Part shown: positions 39,707 through 57,615 of the stretch, in pieces
Layout: each line of letters begins with the position of its first letter
Position numbering within the stretch: the first letter of the stretch is position 1
Assembly (NCBI RefSeq): GCF_009914755.1
Contig: NC_060926.1
Source: the human T2T-CHM13v2.0 reference genome, Homo sapiens
Direction: 5' to 3' (one strand)
DNA length: 64,000 nt
Notes under the pieces: model-generated
Database searches by the model: none
The model's input: the letters and a program-made list of their open reading frames with translations, nothing else
What the model was told of the DNA's origin: nothing
Made by a program: the position numbers and the translations under genes

Positions 39707-42700
39707 TGAATCCAGCAGCATATCAAAAAGCTTATCCACCATGATCAAGTCTGCTTCATCCCTGGGATGAAAGGCTGGTTCACCATATGCAAATCAATAA
39801 ACATAATCCATCATATAAACAGAACCAATGATAAAAACCACATGATTTATCTCAATAGATGCAGAAAAGGCCTTTGATAAAATTCAACACCCCTTCACGC
39901 TAAAAACTCTCAATAAACTAGCTATTGATGGAACATATCTCAAAATAATAAAAGCTATTTAAAACAAACCCATAGCCAATATCATACTAAATGGGCAAAA
40001 GCTGGAAGCATTCCCTTTGAAAACCAGCACAAGATAAGGATGCTCACTCTCATTACTCTTATTCAACATAGTATTGGAAGTTCTGGCCAGGGCAATCAGG
40101 CAAGAGAAAGAAATAAAGGGTATTCAAATAGGAAGAGAGGAAGTCAACTTATCTCTGTTTACAGAAGACATGATTGTACATTTAGAAAACCCCATCATCT
40201 CAGCCCCAAAACTCCTTAAGCTGATAAGCAACTTCAGCAAAGTCTCAGCATACAAAATTCATGTGCAAAAATCACAAGCATTCCTATACATCAATAATAG
40301 ACAAGCAGAGAGCCAAACCATGAGTGAACTCCCATTCACAAGTTTTACAAAGAAAATAAAATACCTAGGAATACAAGTTACAAGGGATGTGAAGCACCTC
40401 TTCAAGGAGAACTACAAACCACTGCTCAAGGAAATAAGAGAGGATACAAACAAATGCAAAGACATTCCAAGCTCATGGATAGGAAGAATCAATATCATGA
40501 AAATGGCTATAGTGCCCAAAGTAATTTATAGATTCAATGCTATTCCCATCAAGCTACCATTGACTTTCTTCACAGAATTAGAAAAAACTACTTTAAATTT
40601 CATATGGAACAAAAAAGGAGCCCATATAGCCAAGACAATCCTAAGCAAAAAGAACAAAGCTAGAGGTATCATGCTACCTGACTTTGAACTATACTACAAG
40701 TCTACAGTAACCAAAACAGCATGGTACCAGAAAAGATACATAGATCAATGGAACAGAACAGAGACCTCAGAAATAACACCACACATCTACAACCACCTGA
40801 TCTTTGACAAACCTGACAAAAACAAGCAATGGGGAAAGGAGTCCCTATTTAATAAATGGTGTGGGGAAAACTGGCTAACCATATGCAGAAAACAGAAACT
40901 GGACCCCTTCCTCACACCTTATATAAAAATTAACTCAAGATGGATTAAAGACTTAATGTAAGACCTAAAACCATAAAAACCCTAGAAGAAAACCTAGGCA
41001 ATAACCTTCAGGACATAGGAATGAGCAAAGACTTCATGACGAAAACACCAAAAGCAATGGCAACAGAAGCCAAAATTGACAAATGGGATCTAATTAAACT
41101 AAAGAGCTTCTGCACAGCAAAAGAAACTATCATCAAAGTGAACAGGCAACCTACAGAATGGGGGAAAATTTTTGCAATCTATCCTTCTGACAAAGGTCTA
41201 ATATCCAGAATCTACAAGGAACTTAAACAAATTTACAAGAAAAAAACAACCCCATCAAAAAGTGGGCAAAGGATGTGAACAGACACTTCTCAAAAGACAT
41301 TTATGTGGCCAAGAAACATACGGAAAAAAAACTCATCATCACTGGTCACTAGAGAAATGCAAATCAATACCACAGTGAGATACCATCTCACGCCAGTTAG
41401 AATGATGATCATTAAAAAGTCAGGAAACAACAGATGCTGGAGAGGATGTGGAGAAATAGGAATGCTTTTACACTGTTAGTGGGAGTGTAAATTAGTTGGA
41501 CCATTGTGGAAGACAGTGTGGCAATTCCTCAAGGATCTAGAACCAGAAATACCATTGGACCCAGCAATCTCATTACTTGGTATATACCCAAAGGATTATA
41601 AATCATTCTACTATAAAGACACATGCACACATACGTTTATTGTAGCACTATTTACAATAGCAAAGACTTAGAACCAACCCAAATGCCCATCAATGATAGA
41701 CTGGATAAAGAAAATGAGGCACATATGCATCAAGGAATACTATGCAGCCATTAAAAAAGAATGAGTTCATGTCCTTTGCAGGGACATGGATGAAGCTGGA
41801 AACCATCATTGTCAGCAAATTAACACAAGAACAGAAAACCAAACACTGCGTGTTCTCACTCAGAAGTGGGAGTTGAACAATGAGAACACATGGACACAGG
41901 GAGGGAAACATCACACACTGGGGCCTGTCAGGGGTTGGGGGAAAGGAGAGGGAGAGCATTAGGACAAATATCTAATGCATGCAGGGCTTAAAACCTAGAT
42001 GACAGGTTGATAGGTGTAGCAAACCACCGTGGCACATGTGTACCTATGTAACAAACCTGTATGTTCTGCACATGTATCCCAGAACTTAAAGTAAAAGTTA
42101 AAAAAGAAACCTGTTTAAAAAAAGATTATAATGGAGCAGAGAAAATCCTATTGCCTAGTGATGTCATAGCCATGGTTTGCCACTGAGCAAACCTTTCCTT
42201 TGTTTAGATACATAAATACCATTGTGTTACAGTTGCGTACGGTATTCAGTACAGGAACATGCTATACAGGTTTGTAGCCTAGGAGCAACAGACTGTATCA
42301 GATGGTCTAGGGGTGTAGCAAGCTCCACCATCTAGGTTTGTGTAAGTACACTCTATGAAGTTCATACAATGACAAAATTGCCTAAGGACACATTTCTCAG
42401 GACGTATCCCTGTTGCTATGTGGTGGATGGCTATATCATATACATCATACTTTAAAGGCTCTGCCTAATCTTTCATCAACCGCCCATTAATTCAGAAATG
42501 GTTTTTGGCTCTGGCAAATCAATAAGTATATTAGATTATAGGCTCTTTTGTCTGTCTCCTTTCATGGATGGAGATGAAATGAAGCCTTACTACAATTATT
42601 AAGGGTAACTGATATGAAAGACAAACCAACAAGTGACAAATTGAGGATCTGCCCCTCAAACTGCCCTAAAGAATACATTTTATAAAGTATCGGCTTCAAC

Positions 42701-43733
42701 ATTAGATTATAATTGAATTCAGATTATAAATATAAATCTTTTCAGGTCAGATCTTAATTACTGTTTAGCCAAACATGATTTGGTTACTGAGATACTGATC
42801 TAGTCCAGGACTACAGTAGTTGAAATTTACACACAGAGATACTATAACTCATGCAGAACAAAAATTAGCTGAAATTTTAAAATAGTCCCAATATGACAGT
42901 CAGTTTCATATGCACATTTAATGCCAGCTTTGTTCTGGGTGCTATGATTGGCACTGTAATCATAACATCAATAAGACATTGACATAGCAAAATTCAATTA
43001 CATTAAATGCAAACCTGTGTTTATCTAAAGTAGAAAGAATATGGCAATTACTTTTCACCATTCAATGAGTCCCACAAATCCCACACTAAGCAGGTAAGTT
43101 ACCCACAGAGAGGTTACCATCTTGACCTAATATTCTTATGAAAGGACTAGATCTTAATAATTTTTCAAAAAGGATTCAAAATTATGCAAAAGGTACTTTT
43201 CTTAGAGTTTAAGATATTTTAAAGTTCCTGATAATCTTAGTACTACTGCTTACTAAAATAATAATCATTATACCTATAGAACCCTGAAAACTTTTTAAAC
43301 ATTTTCACACATTTTATCTCCTTTGGTCTTCATAATATCCCCAGAAAGCTAAAAATGGCAGGTTTTATTATCCCAGTTTCATAAAGGAAGTAGCCAAGAC
43401 CCTGTAAAATTAAGGGAATTTTCTTAAATTTCTTTAATTCACATGCATTAAGAACATTTTTGTCTGGGTGCAGTGGCTTATGCCCAGTACATTGGAAGAC
43501 CATGGCAAGAGGATCACTTGAGGTCAAGGCCAGTCTGGGCAACACAGTGAGACCCTGTCTCTAAAAAAAATTTTTTTTTAAATTTACTGTGTGTGGTGGC
43601 ACATACCTGTAGTCCTAGCTACTCAGGAGGCTGATGGGGGAAGATTGCTTGAGCCCAGGAGTTCAAGGTTACAGTAAACTACGATCATGCCACTGCACTC
43701 CAGCCTGGGCAACAGAATGAGACTCTGTCTCAA

Positions 43734-43767
<34 letters not shown>

Positions 43768-43988
43768 GGGAAAATAGAAAAGGAACACCAATATGGTTGA
43801 TCCAAACACATTAAAAATGACATTAAATATAAATGGACTATGTAACACCATTAAAAAGCAGAGATTGTAATACAGGATAGACAAGTACAACCCAAATGCA
43901 TGTAATTTAAAAGAAATATACTTTAGGCTGGGTGCAGTGGCTCACGCCTGTAATCCCAGCACTTTGGGAGGCCGAGGCAGGCAGATCA

Positions 43989-44303
<315 letters not shown>

Positions 44304-44388
44304 TTAATGTCTGAAAAAACAGGTTTCAAGATAAATAATATTTCCAGGGATAAGATGGACATTTAATAATAAGAGGGTCAATTTATCA

Positions 44389-44709
<321 letters not shown>

Positions 44710-44716
44710 TTAGTCA

Positions 44717-44848
<132 letters not shown>

Positions 44849-44855
44849 CTATCTC

Positions 44856-44886
<31 letters not shown>

Positions 44887-45727
44887 CATAGCAGTCTTAA
44901 CTATGGATGTTACTAAATAACAAAGCTCCCAAATACAAGAAAAAAAAATAACCTGACAGAACTAAAAGGAGAAACTGTCAAATTTACAATCACAATGAGG
45001 GACTTAACACTGCCCCCAGAATAGTAACTGACATAAGTAGACATTTTTTTAAAAAGTGAAGGCCAGGTGCAGTGGCTCACACCTGTAATCCCAGAACTTT
45101 GGGAGGCTGAGGCGGGCGGATCACTTGAGGTTAGGAGTTCGAGACCAGCCTGGCCAACATGGTGAAACCCCATCTCTACTAAAAACAAAAATTAGCTGGG
45201 TGTGGTGGCACATGCCTATAATCCCAGCTACTGGGAAGGCTGAGGCAGGAGAATCACTTGAACCCAGGATACAGAGGGTGAGTAAGCCGAGATCATGCTA
45301 CTGCACTCCAGCCTGGGCAACAAAGTGAGATTCAGACTCAAAAAAAAAAAAAAAAAAAAAAGTGAAACCATGAAAGTTTTAAGCAAGCCTCCGCCTTTTT
45401 TTTTTTTTTTTGAGCAACACTTTTAACCAACTTGACCTAATTGACATTTATACACCAGTCCACCCACCAAGAGCAGAATACATTATTTTTCCCTAAGAGT
45501 AACTGGAAGATTCACCGAAACAGACCATATGCTAGGCAGAAAAATAAAAGTATTGAAATAACACAGATAACATTCTTGGGCTACAATATTACTACTTTAG
45601 AAATCAATAGAAACCAGGTGTTGTAGCTCCCATTTGTAATCCCAGTGATTCAGGAGGGTGAAGCAGGATTGCTTGAGGCCAGGAGTTTGAGACCTGTCTG
45701 AGCAACACAGTAAGACCTCATTTCTAC

Positions 45728-45765
<38 letters not shown>

Positions 45766-45870
45766 CAGAAGTGCTGGCACACGCCTGTAGTGTAAGCGAC
45801 TTTGGAGGCTGAGGTGGGAGGATCACTTGAGCCCAGGAAGTGTGAGGCTGCAGGGAGTGAGCAATGATCA

Positions 45871-46354
<484 letters not shown>

Positions 46355-46444
46355 TTAAAATATTCTAAACTGAATGATAATAAAAACATACCCACAGTTG
46401 TGGAATTCAACTAAAGCATGATTAGAAAAAAGCTTACAGCTTTA

Positions 46445-46783
<339 letters not shown>

Positions 46784-47093
46784 CTATGCTTCCACCTTAA
46801 GAAGTTAGAAAAAGAGGAGCAAATTAAACCCCAAGTAGAAGAAATAAAATAATAAAGTCAGTAAATAGAGAATGGACAAATAAGAAAATTAAAGTTAAAA
46901 ATGAGTTGATTTGAAAAAATTATTAAATTTAAAAAGCTTCTAGTAAGACTGATCAACAAAGAAAGAAAAACATAAATGAGCAATATTAGGAATAAAAAAG
47001 GCCGGGCGCGGTGGCTCACGCCTGTAATCCCAGCACTTTGGAAGGCTGAGGTGGGCGGATCACGAGGTCAGGAGATTGAGACCATCCTGGCTA

Positions 47094-47279
<186 letters not shown>

Positions 47280-47665
47280 TCAAAAAAAAAAAAAAAGGAA
47301 TAAAAGAAGGAACGTCACTATAGATCCTACAGACATTAAAAGATTAAGAAAGGTATATTTTTAACAACTTTATGCCAAAAGATTCTACAACTTAAGTTAA
47401 ATAGACAAATTCCTTGAAAAATGCAACTTACCAAAAACTAACACAAGAAAGAATCATCCATATTATCTTATACTCATTTTAAAAAGTGAATAAATAATTG
47501 TTTAAATCCCATGAAAACAAAACGAAACCCTTTCAGAACCAGATGGCTTCACTGCTGAATTCGGTCAAACATTTAGGATGTAACCAAACTTACTCTTTCA
47601 TAGAGTAGAAGAGGAAAGAATAGTTCCCAATTCATTTTATGAGCCAGCATAACTTTGCCCTCTAA

Positions 47666-47926
<261 letters not shown>

Positions 47927-48042
47927 TGATCCACCCGCCTCGGCCTCCCAAAGTGCTGGGATTACAGGCGCCTACAGACCAATATTTTTATTAAATATGA
48001 ATGCAAAAACCCTTCACAAAATCCTAACAAATCTAATGTAGT

Positions 48043-48074
48043 AGTGTGTGTGTATGTATGTATATGTGTGTGTG

Positions 48075-48117
<43 letters not shown>
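48043..48117. repeat. Compound (TG)n/(TA)n microsatellite
   Basis: Direct reading. Confidence 0.9.
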
Positions 48118-48457
48118 GGATAAAACATGACTAACTAGGTGGAATTTATGCCAGGGATGCAAGATTTGTTTAGCATTTCAAAATCAGTCTATGGGCCAGG
48201 TGCGGTGGCTCACGCCAGTAATCCCAGCACTTTAGGAGGCTGATGTGGGTGGATCACCTGAGATCAGGAGTTCCAGAGGAGCCTGGCCAACATGGTGAAA
48301 CTCCATCTCTACTAAAAATACCAAAATTAGCCAGGTGTGGCTGGGCATGGAGGCTCATGCCTGTAATCCCAGCACTTCAGGAGGCTGAGGCAGGTGCATC
48401 ACCTGAGGTCAGGGGTTGGAGATCAGCCTGGCCAACAGAGAAACCCTGCCTCTACTA

Positions 48458-48967
<510 letters not shown>

Positions 48968-49573
48968 CTAACATCATCCTTAACTGTGAAATAGTGAATA
49001 TTTACCTTTAATATTGGGAAAGAGGCAAAGATGACTGCTCACACCACTTCCACATTTAAAAGGAAAAGGCAAAGATGTCTTTATTCACAGGTGACATGAT
49101 TATGTATGCAAAAAATCCTAAAGAATCTTTTAAAAATCTACTAGATCTAATGCAACAGATCTGAGCAAATTCAGCAATTAGTGAATTAGACAATGTAAAA
49201 CAAAAGTATCACATTTCTATATATTAGTAGCAAACAATTAGGAAGTGAAATTTTATTTTTTTTGGTAGAGATGGAGTCTCCCTATGTTGCCCAGGTTGGT
49301 CTCAAACTCCTGGCCTCAAGTGATTCCCCTCGCCTAGACTTCCAAAGTGCTAGGATTATAGGTGTGAGCCACCACACCCAGCCTAGAAAGTGAAATTTAA
49401 AATCCATTCTCATTTTTAATAACATCGAAAGTCATGAAATATTTAGCAACAAATTCAGTGAAATATGTACCACAGTGCTATTAAAAACTATTAGCACATT
49501 GCTGAGAAAAATTAAAGAACACACAGAAATAGATCCATAAATATACAACCAAATGATTTCTGACAAGGGCACT

Positions 49574-49949
49574 GACATAGTTTGGATGTTTGTCCCCTCC
49601 AAATTTCATGTTGACATGTGATCCCTAATATTGGAGGTTGGGCCTTCTGGGAGGTCATGGGGGCAGATTCCTCCTGAATGGCTTGGTGATGAGTGAGTTC
49701 TTACTCTCTAAGTTCATGTGAGAGCTGGCTGTTTAACAGAGTTCGGCCCCCTTCCCTCTCTCACCATGCGATGCCTGCTCCCACTTCACCTTCCTCCATG
49801 ATGGAAGAAACTTGAACCCCTCATCAGATGCAGATGCTGCACCATGCTTCTTGTACAGCCTGCAGAACTGTGAGCCAAATAAACTGCTTTTCTTTATAAA
49901 TTACGCAGTCTCAGGTATTCCTTTATAGTAACACAAAATGGACTAACAG
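49574..49949 (+). mobile_element. MST-family solo LTR
   Basis: tgacatagtttggatgtttgtcccc...cacaaaatggactaaca. Confidence 0.8.
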
Positions 49950-50141
49950 AGGTGCCAAAGCAATTCATTGGTGGAAAGGACTGACTTTTAACAGACAATA
50001 CAAGGACAACCAGATATCCATATGTCAAAAGAATTGCTCAACTCTTAATTAACATCATTTACAAAGAGTAATTCAAAATGTGTAACAGACTTAAATGTAA
50101 AATTTAAAACTGTAAAACTCCCGGCGAGGCGCGGTAGCTCA

Positions 50142-50465
<324 letters not shown>

Positions 50466-50714
50466 TTAGACTATTTAAAACATGCATTATAAAAGAAAAA
50501 AAATCAAGAAGTTAGATTTCACCAAAATTTAAAATTGCTATTTGAAAAACACAATTCAGAAAATGAAAAGTTTGGAAGAAACTTTTCATACGTACACACA
50601 CATATGAACAGACCCGTGTTCTGAATATATGAAGAATAATTACAACTGAGTAATAAGAAAATCTCATTTTAATACATAAATTATTTGAGCAAACTAACAA
50701 AAGATATTCATATA

Positions 50715-51054
50715 CAGTCATGCATTGCTTAACTGTGGGGATATGTTCTGAGAAATGTGCCATTAGATGATTTTATCATTGTGAGAACATCATAGAATGT
50801 ACTTATACAAACCTAGATGTTATAAGCCTACCACATACCTAGGAGCTATTGCTCCCAGGCTACAAACCTGTACAGCATGTTACTGTACTGAATACTGTAG
50901 GCAACTGCAACACAATGATGGTAAGTATTTGTGTATCTAAACATGTCTAACCACTGAAACGGTACAATAAAAATATGCTATTACAATCTTATGTGACTAT
51001 TATCATATCTGTGGTCCATCATTGACCAAAACACCTTTATGCAGTATATGACTG
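50715..51054 (-). mobile_element. Tigger3/MER7-like MITE
   Basis: Terminal inverted repeats CAGTCAT...ATGACTG flanked by TA; similar to the split copy at 32.2/42.2 kb. Confidence 0.75.
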
Positions 51055-52204
51055 TATACTAATGGCCATTAAGCACATAAAAATATATTCAACATTATTC
51101 ATCAGGGAAACAAAAATTAAAACCACAAAGAGATATCAGCACACCCCCATTTGATCTTGCTAACAACCAATCTGTCAATTCAAAGTGCTGGCAACAATGA
51201 GGAACAACTGGAACCTTCATACATTGGTCGTGGGAATATAAAATGGGTATAACCACTTCAGAAAAAATTGAGTTTCTTGGAAACGCACACAATCCAGCAA
51301 TTGTATTCTTATGTATTTACCTAAGATAAATGAAAAATATGCCCAAAGACCTGTAAATGTTCTTGCCAGCTTTATTCAAAATGGCCAAAAATTAGAATAT
51401 CTATTAACAGGTGAATAAACAAATTATAGTATACTGCGCAATGGAATACCACTCAGCAACAGAAAAACTACAAACCAAGTAATTAATGAGTAAGGGGTGT
51501 TTTTATGGGGTGATGAAAAAGTTTTCAAACTAGAGAGAACTGGTGATCTCACAACATTGTGAAAACAATAAATATCACTGAATTGTACACTTCGAAACGG
51601 TTGTTTGGGTTTGTTTAGCCAAAGTAAAAAAAGAAAAAAAAAGGCTAATTGTATATTATCTGAATTTCCCCTCAAAAACAAAAAAAAACTTTTGATAAAA
51701 GAGCAGGAATGAATTCTCAACCCACAATGATATACCAATACACATCCATGGTAATAGCTTAAATGACAAAGACTGACAACACCAAAATTGGTGAGAATGT
51801 GAGTAACTGGAACTCATATATTGCTGATGAAAGCATTAGATAGTATAACCATTTTGGAAAATGATTAGCAGTTTCTCATAAAACTAAACATGCTGCTACT
51901 TCATGACCTAGCAATTCCACCGCTAGGTATTTAAAGCTTTATGTGGGCAGAGATTTTCATCTGTTTGTGAGCAAACAGTGCAAGACACACAGTAGATACT
52001 CAATAAGTATTTACCAAATGAATGTCTACTTATTTTAGCATTGTAATAAAAAACTAGAAACAATCTAAGTATATTAATAAAAAGCTATACAGATAAAAAT
52101 GTAGTATATTCATATGACAGAATACTATATAAAACAATTAAGGCCGGGCGCGGTGGCTCACGCCTGTAATCCCAGCAATTTGGGAGGCTGAGGCTGGTGG
52201 ATCA

Positions 52205-52508
<304 letters not shown>

Positions 52509-52597
52509 TCAATTTTTAAAATAATACTGAGTGAGGCCAGGCGTGGTGGCTCACGCCTGTAATCCCAGTACTTTGGGAGGCTGAGGCGGGCGGATCA

Positions 52598-52876
<279 letters not shown>

Positions 52877-53132
52877 CTATATGCAATATGATGTAACTTA
52901 TTTAAAATTTAAAAACACATGCAATAATAGACATGTATAAAATATAATTTAAAAAACACAAAACACAGATACCAACTCATGATGTTGAGTACCTGATAAC
53001 GGATGGGTGGGATGAGACTTCAGCTTTATTGGAAATGTTTTATTTCCTTATCTAAAAAAATACTAGAAAGAAATACAACAAAATGTTAACAGTTGTTAAT
53101 GTCGGCCTCTGTAAATATAGATATTGTGTTAC

Positions 53133-53215
53133 TTTAGTCTTTTTTTTAATCTCAACTAAATTAAAAAAGGAATTTTAGTCTTTTTTTATCTCAACTAAAT
53201 TAAAAAAGGAATTTT
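53133..53215. repeat. ~41-bp tandem duplication
   Basis: tttagtcttttttt(ta)atctcaactaaattaaaaaaggaat twice. Confidence 0.9.
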
Positions 53216-54647
53216 AAAACCCTAGTGTTACATGCAAGTGAGTCAATAATGGCAAAATAATAATGAGATACATAGAAGGTGACTAAATTTTAATGGTGAA
53301 TACTGGATCCAAGTACAAGTTTGAAAATTTTGATTTCCGAAAAAAACACAAAACTTAAGTGATGAATGAAAAATAGACAAAATGGAAGAGGGTAATAAGA
53401 ATATTATTAAATAACAAAATCTACTTCGAACGAGGAAATCTTTCCAGTTACAGATATATTTAAAACTCACATATCCCATCTGTTGTTGTTAAAGAATATA
53501 AAAAGAATAAAATTTTAAAGGAAGCGCAGTGAGTACTGAAAAAGCTAAAGTATAAAAGTACAGAAAAAATGTAAATATAGAATCACACAATGAAATCACC
53601 AAGTTTGGCAGTATAGTAGAACAAGACAGTATATTATCTATTTTGTATCTAATATTTTGATATCTGGTCCTAGTTCCATAACTGGTATAAACTTTGTTTT
53701 ATATTTTTATGATATTTATAATAAAAATATGGCATCCTACTTTTTCCACCAGTTCTCATATTTGCAATTTTTCCTCTTTGGACTGGCTGATCTCTGAGCA
53801 CCCTTCTAACTCTAAAATTAAACTGGTAATTAGAACACTGCCTTCCACATAGCTGTTTCAACGACTAGATAAACAATCATTTTGAACTATTAAATAAAGA
53901 GATTTCAAAGAATACTGGGTATGATAGGCACAGATAACAAATACTAAACGATTTAAAATTTTGGTCACATAAAAATACATACATACCATTCGGAGATGTT
54001 TACTCGGCCAGTAAATGTATAATTAACTCCTACTAAAGGATGAGGCACCTGTGGCTATTCCATAAATACTGATGTGAAGATGATTAAAGTAATATCGTCT
54101 TACAGTACGTCGCCTGAGTCAGAACCAAATAAATCAATACATAAATACTTTTGGGAAAAATCAAAACCATGGAAAAATGTTACCTTCCCAACAATCTATT
54201 TTACAGAGACCCATAGTTTATAACAGCTTTTATGCTGTGTGCATCAAGATCATCTATTACACGAAAAATGATTCCACCCCCTCTACTGGCAACGCCCCAG
54301 CATCGCGGGTGAGCTGCCAGGATGGACTCCCCGCTTTCCCCTCTCCGTCTTCCTTAGAGCATCAGGTATCTGACCACTGACATCACCTGGGCACCTGACC
54401 AGCTGACGCGCGTTTCCAGGAGCCATATCTGTGCCGTGGGGTCGGGTTGCCGGCCTAAGGAGCAGGATCTGTGCGCGGAGCCCCTCGCGGGCCCGTGCAT
54501 TCTGCAGTTCAGCTCAAACTGCACATTTACTATGTTTTGTTTTTATCCATCGGTTGCCAATTAGTTTCTAAGGAAGACATTCCCATTACAAAATAATAGC
54601 GAAATAAAAATAAGCACCACGTTAAAAAGAGGTCAGCAGGGAAGCAC

Positions 54648-54747
54648 CTGAAGGCTGTTCGGGTGATCCGCCGCCGCCTCTATTAGGAGCGACCTCCACC
54701 GCCGAGGGAAATCACCCAAACGAGCCCCAGGCTGCCGCGCTCCTTCA
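54648..54747 (-). other. ICA1L: Candidate alternative 100-nt 5'UTR exon of ICA1L
   Basis: Acceptor ctcgctgtag| (54749-54748) and donor CAG|GTGCTT (54647-54646). Confidence 0.5.
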
Positions 54748-54988
54748 CTACAGCGAGCGTGGCCGGGAGGCGCCCTTCCGCCGCAGGGGACCCAGCCACG
54801 CCAGAAACCGCTCCTTGCGGGTTTTGCCTGGGGGGAGGCCGGAAGAACCCCGAGCAGGGCCTCGCCTGGAAGAAGGCCGCAGGCAGCGGCCGGGGTCCCC
54901 CAGAGAACCGAGGAGGCCAGCAAGGCCCCGAGAAGCCGCGCGCGCGCGCGTGTGGCCGGAGCCTCCCGCCGCGCCCCCGCCTCCCGGC

Positions 54989-55002
54989 GTCGCCATGGGA
55001 AC
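54989..55002. promoter_or_regulatory. RFX X-box motif
   Basis: GTCGCCATGGGAAC (minus GTTCCCATGGCGAC) fits the palindromic GTTNCCATGGNAAC-type consensus. Confidence 0.65.
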
Positions 55003-55075
55003 CCGGGATTTGGTCTCCGGGCCTGACCGCCGCCTGAGGGGGAATAGGGGCGGACAGGAGGCAGCAGAAGCTTAC

Positions 55076-55225
55076 CGGCGCCGCTCTTCCGCCTCCTCGG
55101 GTCGCGTTCGGCCGTACGGTGATCCGTCCCGGCACCCGTTCCGGCCACCGCCCGCGAGCCCCGCGCCGACTCCCGGCCCTCCGGCAGCCAGTGCCCCTCC
55201 GCACCAGTGCGTGGAGGTGTCAGGC
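55076..55225 (-). other. ICA1L: ICA1L non-coding exon 1 (5' boundary approximate)
   Basis: Strong donor CCG|GTAAGC (GT at 55075-55074) inside the CpG island; TTTAAA at 55248-55253 about 25-30 nt upstream. Confidence 0.75.
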
Positions 55226-55957
55226 TCCCGCTGCGGGAGGCGGGAGATTTAAACCGCGCGACCTGGCGTCCGCGTTCGCCCCCCTCGGGCGCCGGCCTGA
55301 CCCCGCCACCGGCCCGACTCGGGATCGGAGCATCTCTCGGTCTGCTCTTGAATGAACTCGGGGACCCTCTCTATTCCTCCTTTCCCGATTTCCTCTTTAC
55401 TTAATAAAGTGAAATGACAAACACCAAACCGGTCAGAACATTACGAGGAGCTGAGTGTGAGCTCTCTGAGGCGTGGGGAAGTGGAAGGCATTGGCCCGGG
55501 GCCCTCCCGGCTCCCTCCGAGCACCCCCACCCCCGGACCTGCCGGGCCTTCTGGGGCGGCCCCTTAGCACCAGTGCTCCTTAGGCGGAAAGCGTTCGCCC
55601 GCTGTATTTAACTCCCGTGTTAAAGGTTTAAAGAGGTCTAAGTTAACAACCGTTCATAACCAATCTCAAATGCACATATCCATATCCATAATGTTTATGA
55701 TGAATCTTCAAGAGTAAAAGGTAAAACCGGATCCTGAAAGTCTCAGGAAAAAAACAAAAAGGAAGGCAAAACTATTTACTACTAGTAGGAGATAATTTAA
55801 TAAATTCAAACTTCATTCTTTTTAAAGGTGACTCCAAAACTTAAAAGAACTTTCCTAAAACAGCAGAATACGAATTATTAATTACAACTGCGACACATAG
55901 GCTAGCAAAGAATTAAAAGGTTAACACTCGAGGTGATAATTAAAATCTGTATGATGA

Positions 55958-56284
<327 letters not shown>

Positions 56285-57340
56285 AGGTTCTGGAATATTA
56301 ACAGTACAAAATACTCACCTTAACCTGGAAATTATACTTTTAGAATAGGAAAAGTGGCAAGCTACAGAGGGTTAATTTGGACTGAAAACATTAAATGTCT
56401 TTAGACTTTTACCCTGAGATATTTGGATTTCAAGGAATAGGCAAATACCTGAGATTATGTGCAAAATTTTGTTTGTTTTTTTGAGGAGTCTACAGCTTTC
56501 CTCAGAAGGGTAAAAATTAGCGTTTGGCAAACATGAGTGATTGACCTATTTCCTTGGGATGGCTTTCCTGAATCTTACCAAATGAGGCATTTCTCCTAAG
56601 GGGCATACTGCTCTCTGGCTGTAACGATCTACCTGCCTGTCTTCCCCATTAGGTGCCGAGCTGCTTCAAAGCTGCTCCTCCCTTACGCATTTCTGCAGCC
56701 TTAGCACCTAGCACAGTGCCTAATACAAACTAGGTCCTGAATGAATGTTGAATCCATCAATGAACGAAATGAAACAAAGATAGCTAATTCACAACTGAAG
56801 GATACATTATAAAATATCTGAAAAGAACAGATTATCTTTCTCACCAAGGAATAAATAAAGTGGCAAGCGAAATGACTTTCAAATGTTACTATGCCCCATA
56901 GTAAAGTTCTTGGGGTATTTTAGAAAATGTTTGTTCCAACAAGATGAAGTTTTAAGTCAAGAGAACAGTAAACTAATATCTTCTTCAGCTCAATCTGAGG
57001 CCGACTAAAGTCCTCCAAGGAACACACCTGGAAGTCAGAATAATGGCTACCGGCCGGGCCTGTTGCTTTTATTCACTTAACTGGGTAAAATTACAGAAAG
57101 ATACACAGTATCTCCAAGCCATTAATGAAGTGTAGTATTTACACTTCATATAATCACTTTTTCTTCACAAGTCGCTAAGGAAACACGGTGGCACAGTGTA
57201 GGAATAGTATCAGAAAATAATGTAGAGCTAGCTGCTGATGCTTCTCCTGGACAGGAGTCAAGTCTCTCATATTTCATAAATGCCTGTGGAATGAATTCTT
57301 TCTTTAGCTGTTGGATACAATGTTTAAATGGCTTGCACTA

Positions 57341-57615
57341 GGAAGAGCGTGGTAGTTCAAGCCTATAATCCCAGCACTTTGGGAGACTGAGGCAAGCGGA
57401 GCACTTGTGGTCAGGAGTTTGAGAACAGCCTGGCCAACATGGTGAAACCCTGTTTCTACTAAAAATTCAAAAATTAGCCCCATGTGGTGGCGTGCACCTG
57501 TAATCCCAGCTACTTGGGAGGCTGAGGCACGACAATCACTTGAACCCAGGAGGCAGAAGTTGCAAGCCGGGATTGTGCCACTAAACTCCAGCCTGGGCGA
57601 CAGAGCAAGACTCTA
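57341..57615 (+). mobile_element. AluS lacking an A tail
   Basis: Flanked by cttgcactag direct repeat. Confidence 0.88.

Larger units (their letters stand above)
54400..55620. promoter_or_regulatory. CpG island promoter of ICA1L
   Basis: Abrupt GC/CpG-rich non-repeat block in AT-rich DNA; GC box GGGGCGGA 55047-55054; ETS-like CCGGAAG 54839-54845. Confidence 0.92.

Noticed and set aside
40074-40961. 295-aa reverse-transcriptase-like ORF
   Set aside because: Fragment of disrupted L1 ORF2, flanked by stops, frameshifts and Alu insertions.
54633-55611. Several Arg/Pro/Gly-rich ORFs up to 173 aa
   Set aside because: Stop-codon scarcity in a CpG island on both strands; no recognisable domain.
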